Both the position numbers and the translations under genes were made by a program. Below the pieces are notes generated by a model, which had not been told where the DNA came from, did no database searches, and worked only from the letters and a program-made list of their open reading frames with translations. A stretch of DNA of 64,000 bases, taken from the sequence record OU343168.1. One strand, written 5' to 3'. Position 1 is the stretch's first letter, and each line of letters opens with the position of its first letter. Positions 54,483 to 64,000 of this stretch are shown here, piece by piece.

Positions 54483-55724
54483 TCAATCCTTTTGAATAAC
54501 ACTTCGAATGTAAAGGTGGTAACCGTTGTACAACGAACTGGGTTCGAAGCGATTGGTATACCCGTGATAAAGGTTTCCACCGTTGGTAATACCGGTGGTC
54601 TTGTTGAGGAATTTACGTTGAATGCCTAGGTCGATGTCTAAAAGTCTCCTGTTGATGATTTTGCGAGTGAAGTACTTGGGAATAAGGCCATTACTGACCA
54701 TTAAGGGAATAGGACGGGTTTCATGGGTGTGGTAAGTGAAAGGGTACTGGTACGTGGTGATAGGTTCTACAGACACATACAGGTTGGGATTATCCAGTAC
54801 GATCAGGAAAGTACTGGGATCGGTTAACAGAGTCTTCCAGAAGCTCTCTGTACTGAAGAACCGTTTATCCACGACTTCACGTTCTGGATCAATGATCCGA
54901 CTGAGGTCGATCATCGATTTCGAAATAAAGAGGGCGGAAAACCAATCCACCTTCTCCGTACGCAGCGTTAAGGTACGGTCACTCATTACCTGTACCACGT
55001 CATTCAGGTACAGTCGCCCCCCAATGCTCATCCAGACCGTCTTATTCCTTAGACTGACCGGAGACCGTACGTGCAGGAAGTTGTAACTGTCGTGATCCTC
55101 AAAGTCGATATCCGCCTCTTGGAAGGTATAGGTCTTGAGTTTAGAGAGGGTATTGAAGTTGAGGTAGTTCACATGAATGTTGTCATTCACATTGAAGTGC
55201 TTCCCACCGTTCAACAGGTACACCGCCTGGTCATCCGCCACTGCTCGTACCAAATGCCCTCCATTGATCGTCCACAACCCCCGTTCAACCAAGGCGTTAT
55301 AATCCACCGCCGTTCGATCGGTCTTGATGACCCGAATATCCGGCGCGCTTGCGACGTCCAGGTGCTCCTGGCGATCATTGGCGATCTTAGCGTCACCAGG
55401 ATACAGGGTAAACCATTTGTATTGGATGTCTTGAGCCGTTACGTATCGGTACTCACTGCCGGGGAGGGTATTGCTGGTCTTAAGGGGGACATTGATCTGG
55501 GTGTCTAACCACTGTTGGATCACCCCATCGAACAACAGGAACTGGTTATGATAGTCCGCCAGGTCAATGGTCACATCCCGGCCATACAACCCATCTTTCA
55601 CCACAATCTTTAATTCACAAAACGTAGCCACCAGTTCCTTGGTGGTCATCTCACCGATATCCACCAATTCCTCTCCTCGGGGGAAGATTTGGTTGATCCC
55701 AACCGCCCTTTTATAGATGTACAT
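54483..55724 (-). CDS. virion structural protein, 413 aa
   Basis: Long ORF divergent from the tail-fibre cluster; upstream GCATTTTATG motif on the minus strand. Confidence 0.55.
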   Translation of the reverse strand: MYIYKRAVGINQIFPRGEELVDIGEMTTKELVATFCELKIVVKDGLYGRDVTIDLADYHNQFLLFDGVIQQWLDTQINVPLKTSNTLPGSEYRYVTAQDIQYKWFTLYPGDAKIANDRQEHLDVASAPDIRVIKTDRTAVDYNALVERGLWTINGGHLVRAVADDQAVYLLNGGKHFNVNDNIHVNYLNFNTLSKLKTYTFQEADIDFEDHDSYNFLHVRSPVSLRNKTVWMSIGGRLYLNDVVQVMSDRTLTLRTEKVDWFSALFISKSMIDLSRIIDPEREVVDKRFFSTESFWKTLLTDPSTFLIVLDNPNLYVSVEPITTYQYPFTYHTHETRPIPLMVSNGLIPKYFTRKIINRRLLDIDLGIQRKFLNKTTGITNGGNLYHGYTNRFEPSSLYNGYHLYIRSVIQKD

Positions 55725-55839
55725 AGGGGTTCAACTCCTTAACGATTCTATGAAATCTACCCTACAGGCCCTATGGGTACTATACTCTCTAGGGGATTAA
55801 TCATAAAATGCCTTATTCATTGACTTTGGAGAAATTCTA

Positions 55840-56583
55840 ATGGCAAACATCGTCTATGGTTGGAACCCCTTCCAGGAACGCGTCGATTGCAGAGTGACGA
55901 ACGAAATCATTAAAACCTCCGGTAATCTCAACCGCGTCGAGTTCGTTCCCCGTGCGGCTCCTTTCTTTGCTCACAACTTCAAACTGTACCGTCAAGGGAG
56001 TAACCAACCACTCCTTCCGGGACAAGACTTCATCTTTGGTCATCCTTTCCAACGGTTTATTAAGACCTATCAGAAGAACGTGTACAGTTCCGTGATTCTG
56101 CTGAAACCTGTTGAAGTGGTCCTGATGGGGGAATATGACACCATTGGTGGACCGTTCGTGTTGGATGATGTGGCATACGCCACCCTGGTAGCCAACATCA
56201 TTAACAGCCCCCGGGAAGCCCTCTGGGAGAACCTGGTCAATGTCCCGACCGAGTTCCCTTCGGATCCTCATGAACAACCGGCTGCCCAGGTCTATGATTT
56301 TGCTCAGATGATGGATTACCTGCGTGACCTGATCTTGGCGGTTACCCAAACCACCTCCGATTCCCCAACGACCTTGAAGACCCTGTTGGAACAACACCTG
56401 GCTGCTGACTTGGCACAGGCCCACAGGGCGGATAAGGGAATGTTGGGTCTCGACAACGTAGAGAACTTGGGCAAAGCCACGGTCAATGATATCACGGGCA
56501 ATTCGGACAACCTCGTCGTCACCGTAGCCGTTATGAAGGAAGCCCTCCGTCGACTGGCTGCGGGTACGCTGAACCTTAATTAA
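55840..56583 (+). CDS. tail/baseplate-associated protein sharing the N-terminal module of the large fibre proteins, 247 aa
   Basis: VPRAAPFF...REALWENLVNVPTEFPSDPHEQ parallels PIHSPFF...WWENIKNKPVVFPPKWHTH and PNGSPFF...EWEKVFGVPPTLPPEYHLH. Confidence 0.6.
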   Translation: MANIVYGWNPFQERVDCRVTNEIIKTSGNLNRVEFVPRAAPFFAHNFKLYRQGSNQPLLPGQDFIFGHPFQRFIKTYQKNVYSSVILLKPVEVVLMGEYDTIGGPFVLDDVAYATLVANIINSPREALWENLVNVPTEFPSDPHEQPAAQVYDFAQMMDYLRDLILAVTQTTSDSPTTLKTLLEQHLAADLAQAHRADKGMLGLDNVENLGKATVNDITGNSDNLVVTVAVMKEALRRLAAGTLNLN

Positions 56584-56593
56584 GGAGCCGGTT

Positions 56594-59500
56594 ATGCATT
56601 TTCCAATCGTCCGGGAATACAAAACCGATATTGTTCACAATAACCTGGAGAACCAAATTCGGGGTGAACCGTTTAAAGTCGATCCAGGAATCTGGTCCCG
56701 GATTATTGTGCCTATCCACAGTCCGTTCTTTGTCGACAGCCTGAAGGTGACGTTCCCGAACGGTCAACCCATGGACGAGTCCCAGTACCGCATTTATCGG
56801 TTGATGCCTCGGTTGACGGAACTCACCGCTCAGAAAGTTGCGTGTATGATCGAACTGCTGGACCCTACGATTACCGAAGGGAAGTTGGATTACGATGTGG
56901 TAGGGGAATTCAGCCTGTTTGATACCACCCTGCTCCACATGGTGATTGCTGCCTCTGAAGACGACCGTCCGGTCTGGTGGGAGAACATCAAGAATAAACC
57001 CGTCGTCTTCCCACCGAAGTGGCATACTCATAGCCTACTTTACGACATCATGGCTTTTGGTGACTTTGTCGAAGTCTTGGGGATGATCTCTGACGCGGTT
57101 GAAACGCATGGGAAACCGTACCTTCAGATTAAGATTGACCACGCGTTTGAACTGTTCAATCATTACCTGGAGATTTACAAGAAGACACTGGCTGATTTCT
57201 TGGCTCGCCATAAAGCGAGTTATAACAGCCACGGACTGACGGCCTTGCAAGTGGGGTTGGAGAAAGTAGACAACTTCCCCACCGCTACCGCGTCCGGTGC
57301 CTTGGAAGGTAGACGTGACCGTCACCTCACGGTATCGGGACTCCAAGCCATTATTGACCACTATGGCTTTAATCCCAAGGACTTCATTGAGAACGGTAAA
57401 CTTCCCATTGCTCAATTCGGTAACACGAACTTCATTCCCCCGTCTATTGATGGATCTTTTGAAGGCTTGGGGGGTAAGAGCGAGTGTGCAGCCATCACCA
57501 TGGAAGCAGACGGTAGCATCGTCTTTCTGGCTAACCGAATGGATGGCCGTGTTGACGGACTGTATTACTCGGTTCTGGAAGACCCCTATACCAACCCCCG
57601 GTTAGTCTATACCAGTTACCGCTATTCCCACCCTCTGCTCTTAGCGGAGAACGCGGAATGTGATCGGATTGTCCAAGGGAGTGGACGTGAAGTCATTATG
57701 CTGGGGGATATTCGAAAGAACTTGTTTTACATTGGATTGACCAATGGTACCCTGGACCCCACTAAACACATTCTCACACCCATTAACCTGGATGCGCTAA
57801 AGGCTCCCTGGAATGGCAATCCGAACTTCTCCTGGAATACTTGGTTCAGAAGTTTGAGCGTGGCGTATCTGGGGAACTGGATCTACATCTTCCACGCCCA
57901 CAACGTGGAGAATGGAGAACAAGCTGATGGTGTGACAGATTACCGGTATCGGTACCTGTACCGAGTTAGAACCAGTGATGTCAACGCTCAGATCCCGGTA
58001 ACCGCTACGTTGGTACGCCCCACCTTTAAAGACGGTGACGGTGTTCAATGGAATAACGCACCGTTCTTCCGGTGGTGTACCCCTCAGGGGTATCGGCGGG
58101 TGAATAACAATGATAGCTGGGAGCGGTATTACTTTACCTTTAAACAAAGCAGTAACCTCGCCTTTACGGGGATTTACCGTTCTCAGCCAACGGTGGCGTG
58201 CCCTATTCCGAACAAGCCGGGTAAATACTTGGTACGCTTTATGGCGGCCTGGTGGGCGCGGTACGTGGTCCCTGGGGTAATAGGTACCTGGGACCTCCCG
58301 CTAGAGATGGTGTATGAGATGGACCCTGAAACCGGTGTGATGACTCTCCTCCATCAAACACCTCGACGGGAAATCGATTTCCTGAACATTCCGTCCTCTG
58401 GCGATCCAAAAAACCGCCGCATTAACCAATTGGTGTTCAACGATTCGGAACAAGGCATGGAAGTGCTGGATGATGGTACGATTGTGGCGTCCTATGGTGC
58501 CTATCAGTCGTTCCCTCGGTCAGCCTTCTACGTAATACCCAGGTCGTTCAAGTCCCGGTATGATGTCATGAACCGGACGTGGATGACCGACTTAGGGGAT
58601 ATTGAAAGCCAGCAACTCATTGCGGAGAAAATTACCAGCCCGATTGCTTCCTCGATCAAACCACGTTCCTTCTTGTTGGGTAATGGGGGGGATGTGTATA
58701 CCGCGGGGACCAATACCCTACCGAGTGTTATCACCAACCAACTGTGGTACCGCCAGTCCCCTGGGAAGTTAGCGGAGCGTCCTGAGGTCTCTAACCTCTT
58801 CTTCAACAAGGTTGTTTCTCGTCCTCTGAGTAACGCGGTCTTCCGGGTGGAAGGTCCTCCTCAGGTGGGTGGGGCGTATGTGACTGTCCCTTCTAACCTG
58901 TTGGATCAGTACAACACGGACTTGGGGGAATTCACCTTCTGTATGGGAACGCAGAAAGTGAACCTAGACCTGTCGAAAGCAGAAGGGGAATGGCCCGCTG
59001 GTAATCTTCCTCAAGACATCAAGGTTATGTCAGGACATACCCAGCAGATCAATCCGGATGGTTCGATGACCATGGTACCTACGGGAACTATTCTCTACCC
59101 ATCGTCCATTACGGCTCGGTTTGTAAACCATGTCGCCAATCCGACTGCCTGTAGAAACTCCCCCGCGATGTTTATCGGGCTGTGTGATCCCACTGGTTTC
59201 CTGACCGATAAGTTCGGTTGGTTACCGGTGATAATGATCATCAACTACGGAGAACCTGGCACCACGTCTCGTCACTGGACAATCTTGGTCATCGACCCGG
59301 TTTATACCGGACCCGTCAATGCCCGAGTGGTCAGTGATTATACCGTGCTGGATGTGGTACACAATGTCCATCTACAGGGTGCTACTGGGTTGACACCTGC
59401 CAGCTGGGATGCCTTCCTGGGCGGGGGAGCTAACACATCGGGTGGGGGTGCGATGAGGGTAGGGTATTACCTCAAGAGCGCGACCGAGTTGGAAGGCTTT

Positions 59501-60148
59501 ATTGACAGTGGGGTCATTGCAGCAGGTCCAGGAGACTCACTCACCTCGTTTGGGACATTCCGGTATACGAACCGTAGTACGAAACGGTGGACTGAATGTA
59601 TACCTAGTATTACCGGTCAAAGTGGGGGTGCTAACCACAAGACTGTTACACCGGATAACGGGGTGGCTAACCAAGTGGCGTACAACGTTTCCACTGGGGG
59701 AGCCGCTACGATCTTTGAAGGGTCGGTGAATAACCCCTTGCTGGGATCGGTTTACCCCGCTACCGGTTGGTACTTGTTCTTCCAATCGGAACTCAGGGTG
59801 GTCTTCAACGGACAGAACTACACGTTGAAGTCCATCTCCGTGGATTTGTCGGCAATAGTCCCTAATCCCGCTAATAAGACGTTCTATTTGTACGCAGTTC
59901 TTAAGAACGGGAATGCGAGCTACGAAGTGACTTTGGAGAAACGAGCTGAGACACCGTTTATCGTGTGGGTCGGACGAGCGGTTACGAATGACCGTCAGAT
60001 CCTCACCATTGAACGGTTTAACGTCTTTACGATTAACGGGAACCGGATCTCCGAGACGAAACGGGGGAACTGCATCCCGGCGTCGTCAGGCTTGGTGAAT
60101 GCCGAAGGCCAACTCCCGTGGTTACGTTCTTCTGAAATGCTTCCGTAA
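56594..60148 (+). CDS. large tail fibre/tail-tip-like virion protein (phiKZ gp131 family-like), 1184 aa
   Basis: AAGGAG RBS; fibre-type GLEKVDNF repeat; IPPSIDGSFEGLGG; beta-rich body; conserved C-terminus. Confidence 0.6.
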   Translation: MHFPIVREYKTDIVHNNLENQIRGEPFKVDPGIWSRIIVPIHSPFFVDSLKVTFPNGQPMDESQYRIYRLMPRLTELTAQKVACMIELLDPTITEGKLDYDVVGEFSLFDTTLLHMVIAASEDDRPVWWENIKNKPVVFPPKWHTHSLLYDIMAFGDFVEVLGMISDAVETHGKPYLQIKIDHAFELFNHYLEIYKKTLADFLARHKASYNSHGLTALQVGLEKVDNFPTATASGALEGRRDRHLTVSGLQAIIDHYGFNPKDFIENGKLPIAQFGNTNFIPPSIDGSFEGLGGKSECAAITMEADGSIVFLANRMDGRVDGLYYSVLEDPYTNPRLVYTSYRYSHPLLLAENAECDRIVQGSGREVIMLGDIRKNLFYIGLTNGTLDPTKHILTPINLDALKAPWNGNPNFSWNTWFRSLSVAYLGNWIYIFHAHNVENGEQADGVTDYRYRYLYRVRTSDVNAQIPVTATLVRPTFKDGDGVQWNNAPFFRWCTPQGYRRVNNNDSWERYYFTFKQSSNLAFTGIYRSQPTVACPIPNKPGKYLVRFMAAWWARYVVPGVIGTWDLPLEMVYEMDPETGVMTLLHQTPRREIDFLNIPSSGDPKNRRINQLVFNDSEQGMEVLDDGTIVASYGAYQSFPRSAFYVIPRSFKSRYDVMNRTWMTDLGDIESQQLIAEKITSPIASSIKPRSFLLGNGGDVYTAGTNTLPSVITNQLWYRQSPGKLAERPEVSNLFFNKVVSRPLSNAVFRVEGPPQVGGAYVTVPSNLLDQYNTDLGEFTFCMGTQKVNLDLSKAEGEWPAGNLPQDIKVMSGHTQQINPDGSMTMVPTGTILYPSSITARFVNHVANPTACRNSPAMFIGLCDPTGFLTDKFGWLPVIMIINYGEPGTTSRHWTILVIDPVYTGPVNARVVSDYTVLDVVHNVHLQGATGLTPASWDAFLGGGANTSGGGAMRVGYYLKSATELEGFIDSGVIAAGPGDSLTSFGTFRYTNRSTKRWTECIPSITGQSGGANHKTVTPDNGVANQVAYNVSTGGAATIFEGSVNNPLLGSVYPATGWYLFFQSELRVVFNGQNYTLKSISVDLSAIVPNPANKTFYLYAVLKNGNASYEVTLEKRAETPFIVWVGRAVTNDRQILTIERFNVFTINGNRISETKRGNCIPASSGLVNAEGQLPWLRSSEMLP

Positions 60149-60154
60149 ACCCAA

Positions 60155-60183
60155 GGAGGGAGAGGGTTAACCCCCCTCCCTCC
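60155..60183. terminator. purine/pyrimidine hairpin between the fibre genes
   Basis: ggagggagaggg-ttaa-cccccctccctcc, followed by ttcttttc. Confidence 0.6.
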
Positions 60184-60203
60184 TTCTTTTCAAGGTTTAG
60201 TCC

Positions 60204-63200
60204 ATGGATCCGTTTAAAATCGTTCAATTTGATATTCGTGGAACGCGCCCGGAGAATAAGATCACCGGGGAGAAAATGCTGATCAAGGATAAGACCTGTC
60301 CTTGGTTGATCCCGAATGGGTCCCCGTTCTTTGCTGAACCTGGCCTGTTCACGCTGTATGACGAACGGGGCGCTGAGATGACCCTCAACCGGGATTACTG
60401 GTTGGAGGAAGCCTTTATCCCGTTCTGTGAGATCAGCGGTCGGAATGTTTGTTGTTTCATTCGGTTAAGTGAGAGTATTCGTCAGAACAACGCATTCGTT
60501 ACCGGAGACTACCAAACCATTGGGGCGTGGTTCGTACCGCGTAATAACCTGGATGAATGGCTGGAAAAAATGCGGGAAGGGAAGATTCCCATTGAGTGGG
60601 AGAAGGTCTTCGGTGTTCCACCCACTCTGCCTCCCGAATACCATTTGCATAAAGCCGATACCGAAATTGGGGATTGGTATGAGCTGACGTTCTTCCTGGA
60701 TACCATGGCGAACATTTACCGGAGCCGAGATCCAGAGCTAGAGGATCAATCGGAAGTTGTGATCAATGAGGCGTTTACGAAGCTCAGGAACTTCCGTGAC
60801 GCCCAGATGCGTCGTCTTGTCGAACACGACAAGAATTACAACGCCCCTCACCTCCAAACGAAGACCAACCTTAACCTGGGCAATCTGGATAACTTTGCTA
60901 CAGCTACTCCCGAACAGGATAAGGCGGGTACGGCTGATAACCTCTTCAGTACCACGCTGGGTGTTAAGGAACTGGTCAGGGGGTATACACCGGATACGTC
61001 GGCTTCCATGCGTTCAGGGATTATTGCCATTAGTCGGTTTGGAGGAACGGATTATATCCCTCCGGGTATTAGTGGTTCGTTTGAAGGGTTAGGGGGTGTT
61101 ACTCCGGACTGCGCAGCGGTATTGGAACTGAATGACAACCTGGTCTTTATTCGGGCTCATTACGACGGGCGGACGGAAGGGTTGTATTACACCGTGGTTC
61201 GGAATCATTTGAGTCTGAATCCCGACGTTTCCTTTACTGGGTATAAATACCAACCCCCGTCGTTAACGGCCATTAGCTTCGTACCCAACCGGGTCTTTAC
61301 AGGGAGTGGTCGGACTATCATCATGGTAACCCGTGATGGGACGAACCAGGTGTACGCTGCGCTGACCAATGGTACGTTGGATCCTTCCGCACATGTGTTT
61401 GTCAAATGTAACATTGATTTGGCTATCCAAGATCTGGGGACGTCAGTTCGCCTAACAGAGTGGAGTCAAATACACACGTTGGGTAATTGGGTCTACTTGT
61501 TTGTGACAGCTATAACTGAAGGTCAATGGGGTGGTTGGGGACATAGCCGTACACGGGCCTACAGGGCCCCTCTCAGCGCGATTAAGAATGGGCAGCCTCT
61601 TACCTTCAGTCGGGTTAAAGTCTCACTGACGAACGTCCCAGGGGCCTTACAGAGCAATGTTGACTACATTGAGTTCACCCCTGCTCCTCCAGACGGTGAA
61701 TTCAGTACTTACGGCCCCATTACCTTTGCACCTTATAAGGCCAAGAAAGGGGTTAAGGGATCCCAACGACGTCCCCTGATGTTCTTCTCTGAATCCAGTG
61801 ACATAGGACCTCAATATTGTTCCATGCATTACTTCGGGATGATGTTCTTTACTGGGAACATCAACGGGGTGGACCGTGTAACCGGGGTGTACATCGATTG
61901 CAGTTACGATTTTAACCCTGAAACAGCGACCTTCGTGGTGGTTAAACAACCCCCCGCACAAACCGTTGACCTGAGCAAGATCATTAGTGTAAACTCAACG
62001 GCCTCTGTGCATTATGCAGGTATTAGTGACGTCTTCTTCAACATCTCTGACCACTCCAGTCATCTCCTGTTGGAGAATAAGGTGATTGTTGGTATGTCAC
62101 GTCTAGGGTTGAGGGTCTCCTTCCCGGGGTTGTTTAGTCGCTTGCAGTTCAACAAAGACCCGAGTGTAACCGACAGTGGGATGTTGAGGGATTACATGCA
62201 CGCGGACAATGCGAACTTCTCGGGGGTGGGAAAATGGGAAACTCCCAGTTACCCTATTAAGAACGGGGGGCGAATCAGTGCGGTGGGGTATGAACTTACC
62301 GGGGAGTATTTCTGGGCGGACAGCGCTGTGGACCATAACCGGTCGTTCTTCTACCGGAAGGTCAGCGGTGAATACGCTGCGCGTCCTGGGATTACCAACA
62401 GTAACTACCCCACCTTATTGACTCGACCGATCAGTGCGGAGGTGTACGAGAACCGGTTAGACCGTAATACTTCCCTGATCAGTGTAACCGGGAGTGCGGC
62501 GTTCCTGACCGCTGAAGGGATTGAAATGGGGAACAGTTGTTTCTCTGTAATGGGAATGAACCATTTCGACGACCTGGCCTCAGGGGTTGAATCCGATACC
62601 ACATGCCCCCGTGAGTTTACCTTTAAAGCCCCTAAAGGAAATGGGATCGTGTTATCCTGCCCTAGGACCTTCAGTCGGGTAATGGACGCTGGGGATCAAA
62701 CCTTTACCCTGAAGGGTGAAAGCCATTGGGGTGTTAAGCGTAACGTCATGGATAAACTGATCCAGTTGATCCCCGCTACCCTCAGGGAGAAATGGGCGGT
62801 TGAGTTGATGGTGATCAATCCCGTCAGTGGTAAAGGGTTCAGTCGGATGAACTACGTGCTGGCGTTGGTTCATACCCGGGACATCGAAGTGGGTCGGTAT
62901 GTGGTCAAGAGTAAACTGTTGGCCTGTGCACCGGTGATTGGTAATCCAGTCTCGGGGGTCTACCCGATTGATGACCTTACGATTCTTGATCAAACCGCAT
63001 TTATCACTACGGTGAACAACAGTGGGGCTGGGGATGAGTGGAGTGATACGGAAGCGGATGTTGTGGCGTGTCCTCAGGTGTCGCTTTATGTGGATGAAAC
63101 AACGAATACCCTCTCCGGGCGTATTTCGTCGTTATACAACGTCCGAGGCGACGCCTTGGGGTTCAACAAAGCCGTCCTGACCTTCAGTCTCAATAAGTCC

Positions 63201-63785
63201 ACCCACAAATTCTCCAGTTTTACACCCTTTAACAACGGGGAAGGGATGTCCACGGCGTGGTGTGTGCAGAACCACACCATTCCTAACGCCGGGTTAATTA
63301 CCCAACAGCAAGGCTATGTCTTTGAGGACACCGGCGGCGCGGGGTATGTAGGGAAGATCGGAACGAACACGTATTTGATTGGTTCCTGTTACCCGGAAGT
63401 GGGTTGGACGATTTTCTTCCAAGAAGAAGTCGAGATGATGATCAACGGTACCGTGTACAAAATGCCAGGTGGGTCTATCGACTTGAGGAATGTGTCCTCG
63501 AATCCTCGTAACAAAACGTTCTACATCTATGCGACGGTTGAAGAGTCGGAAGGACGGTATATTGTCTCCGATGTTAAACTGCGGCGTTCCAGTGAGTTGC
63601 TGCATGTCGCAACCGCCGTGACGAACACCAACCAGATTGCCAGTATTACCCGGCAGAAAGTCTTTACCATCGGTGAGTTCCTATTAAGTTACACACGGAC
63701 GGGAGGGATTATTCCGGTGAGTTCTGGTTTACCGCAGGATGAAGGTACGTTTAGCTTCTTGAAAGCCTCGGAACTTTTACCTTAA
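60204..63785 (+). CDS. large tail fibre/tail-tip-like virion protein, paralog of 56594..60148, 1193 aa
   Basis: Shared LGNLDNF, IPPGISGSFEGLGG, LTNGTLDP, YPxxGWxxFFQ and IPxSSGL..EG motifs. Confidence 0.6.
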   Translation: MDPFKIVQFDIRGTRPENKITGEKMLIKDKTCPWLIPNGSPFFAEPGLFTLYDERGAEMTLNRDYWLEEAFIPFCEISGRNVCCFIRLSESIRQNNAFVTGDYQTIGAWFVPRNNLDEWLEKMREGKIPIEWEKVFGVPPTLPPEYHLHKADTEIGDWYELTFFLDTMANIYRSRDPELEDQSEVVINEAFTKLRNFRDAQMRRLVEHDKNYNAPHLQTKTNLNLGNLDNFATATPEQDKAGTADNLFSTTLGVKELVRGYTPDTSASMRSGIIAISRFGGTDYIPPGISGSFEGLGGVTPDCAAVLELNDNLVFIRAHYDGRTEGLYYTVVRNHLSLNPDVSFTGYKYQPPSLTAISFVPNRVFTGSGRTIIMVTRDGTNQVYAALTNGTLDPSAHVFVKCNIDLAIQDLGTSVRLTEWSQIHTLGNWVYLFVTAITEGQWGGWGHSRTRAYRAPLSAIKNGQPLTFSRVKVSLTNVPGALQSNVDYIEFTPAPPDGEFSTYGPITFAPYKAKKGVKGSQRRPLMFFSESSDIGPQYCSMHYFGMMFFTGNINGVDRVTGVYIDCSYDFNPETATFVVVKQPPAQTVDLSKIISVNSTASVHYAGISDVFFNISDHSSHLLLENKVIVGMSRLGLRVSFPGLFSRLQFNKDPSVTDSGMLRDYMHADNANFSGVGKWETPSYPIKNGGRISAVGYELTGEYFWADSAVDHNRSFFYRKVSGEYAARPGITNSNYPTLLTRPISAEVYENRLDRNTSLISVTGSAAFLTAEGIEMGNSCFSVMGMNHFDDLASGVESDTTCPREFTFKAPKGNGIVLSCPRTFSRVMDAGDQTFTLKGESHWGVKRNVMDKLIQLIPATLREKWAVELMVINPVSGKGFSRMNYVLALVHTRDIEVGRYVVKSKLLACAPVIGNPVSGVYPIDDLTILDQTAFITTVNNSGAGDEWSDTEADVVACPQVSLYVDETTNTLSGRISSLYNVRGDALGFNKAVLTFSLNKSTHKFSSFTPFNNGEGMSTAWCVQNHTIPNAGLITQQQGYVFEDTGGAGYVGKIGTNTYLIGSCYPEVGWTIFFQEEVEMMINGTVYKMPGGSIDLRNVSSNPRNKTFYIYATVEESEGRYIVSDVKLRRSSELLHVATAVTNTNQIASITRQKVFTIGEFLLSYTRTGGIIPVSSGLPQDEGTFSFLKASELLP

Positions 63786-63790
63786 GGTAA

Positions 63791-63811
63791 AGGGGGAGTT
63801 AACCTCCCCCT
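63791..63811. terminator. 8-bp hairpin
   Basis: agggggag-ttaac-ctccccct. Confidence 0.5.
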
Positions 63812-63834
63812 GATCTTTTAAATGGAGTAGCTTT

Positions 63835-64000
63835 ATGATTATCCTTGGCGGGGAACCCCCTTTCATCGAAAACCCTGAACCCAGGTTCGGTGGAGTGATC
63901 TCCAAGCTCAATGAGATGACCTACAAACTGGAAGCGTGTGTTCACAGCTACAATGAGGGGACTAAAGAAAAGATCCGGTTGTTCAACGCAAACCTGAATG
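63835..64000 (+). CDS. 3'-truncated CDS (MIILGGEPPFIENPEPRFGGVISKLNE...), probable tail protein
   Basis: ATG after GGAG; open to the end of the window. Confidence 0.6.
   Translation, partial: MIILGGEPPFIENPEPRFGGVISKLNEMTYKLEACVHSYNEGTKEKIRLFNANLN

Noticed and set aside
1-64000. CRISPR array, TIGR-like array, retron or diversity-generating retroelement
   Set aside because: No regularly spaced repeats, no reverse transcriptase and no near-identical TR/VR pair; similarity between fibre C-termini is protein-level only.
1-64000. Stop-codon reassignment, introns or inteins
   Set aside because: Standard-code ORFs tile the window with tight coupling, using TAA, TGA and TAG as real stops. DnaB, the RNAP subunit, capsid and portal are uninterrupted and of expected size.

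Overview
The window is a 64-kb segment of a phiKZ-related jumbo myophage (Chimalliviridae-like). The assignment rests on gene order and motifs; no database search was run, and phiKZ gene-number equivalents are given from recalled synteny and are tentative. From left to right it holds: (1) a virion morphogenesis block (0.6-21.8 kb) with a baseplate-like pair on the minus strand and a tandem family of head/ejection proteins carrying S/A/G-x-E prohead-protease sites; (2) an unusual non-coding junction at 21.8-22.2 kb and four small genes, one ParB/Srx-like; (3) DnaB helicase, major capsid protein and a split non-virion RNA polymerase beta subunit; (4) an accessory island (34-45.4 kb) of small ORFs with SspB, a glycine-zipper membrane protein, a paralog pair, an octapeptide-repeat protein, tRNA-Thr(CGT) and four ORF-free, strongly base-paired segments; (5) portal, tail/baseplate proteins, RuvC-like resolvase, a candidate holin with an overlapping i-/o-spanin pair, and large paralogous tail-fibre-like proteins. 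The best leads for something undescribed are the cluster of putative structured ncRNAs at 40.4-44.8 kb, a phage-specific intergenic hairpin family (CCTACC/GGTAGG stems with flanking TTTAY-N-CG-like motifs instead of long U-tracts), the holin-spanin cassette, and an origin-like junction. No CRISPR array, reverse transcriptase, intron, intein or recoded genetic code was seen.
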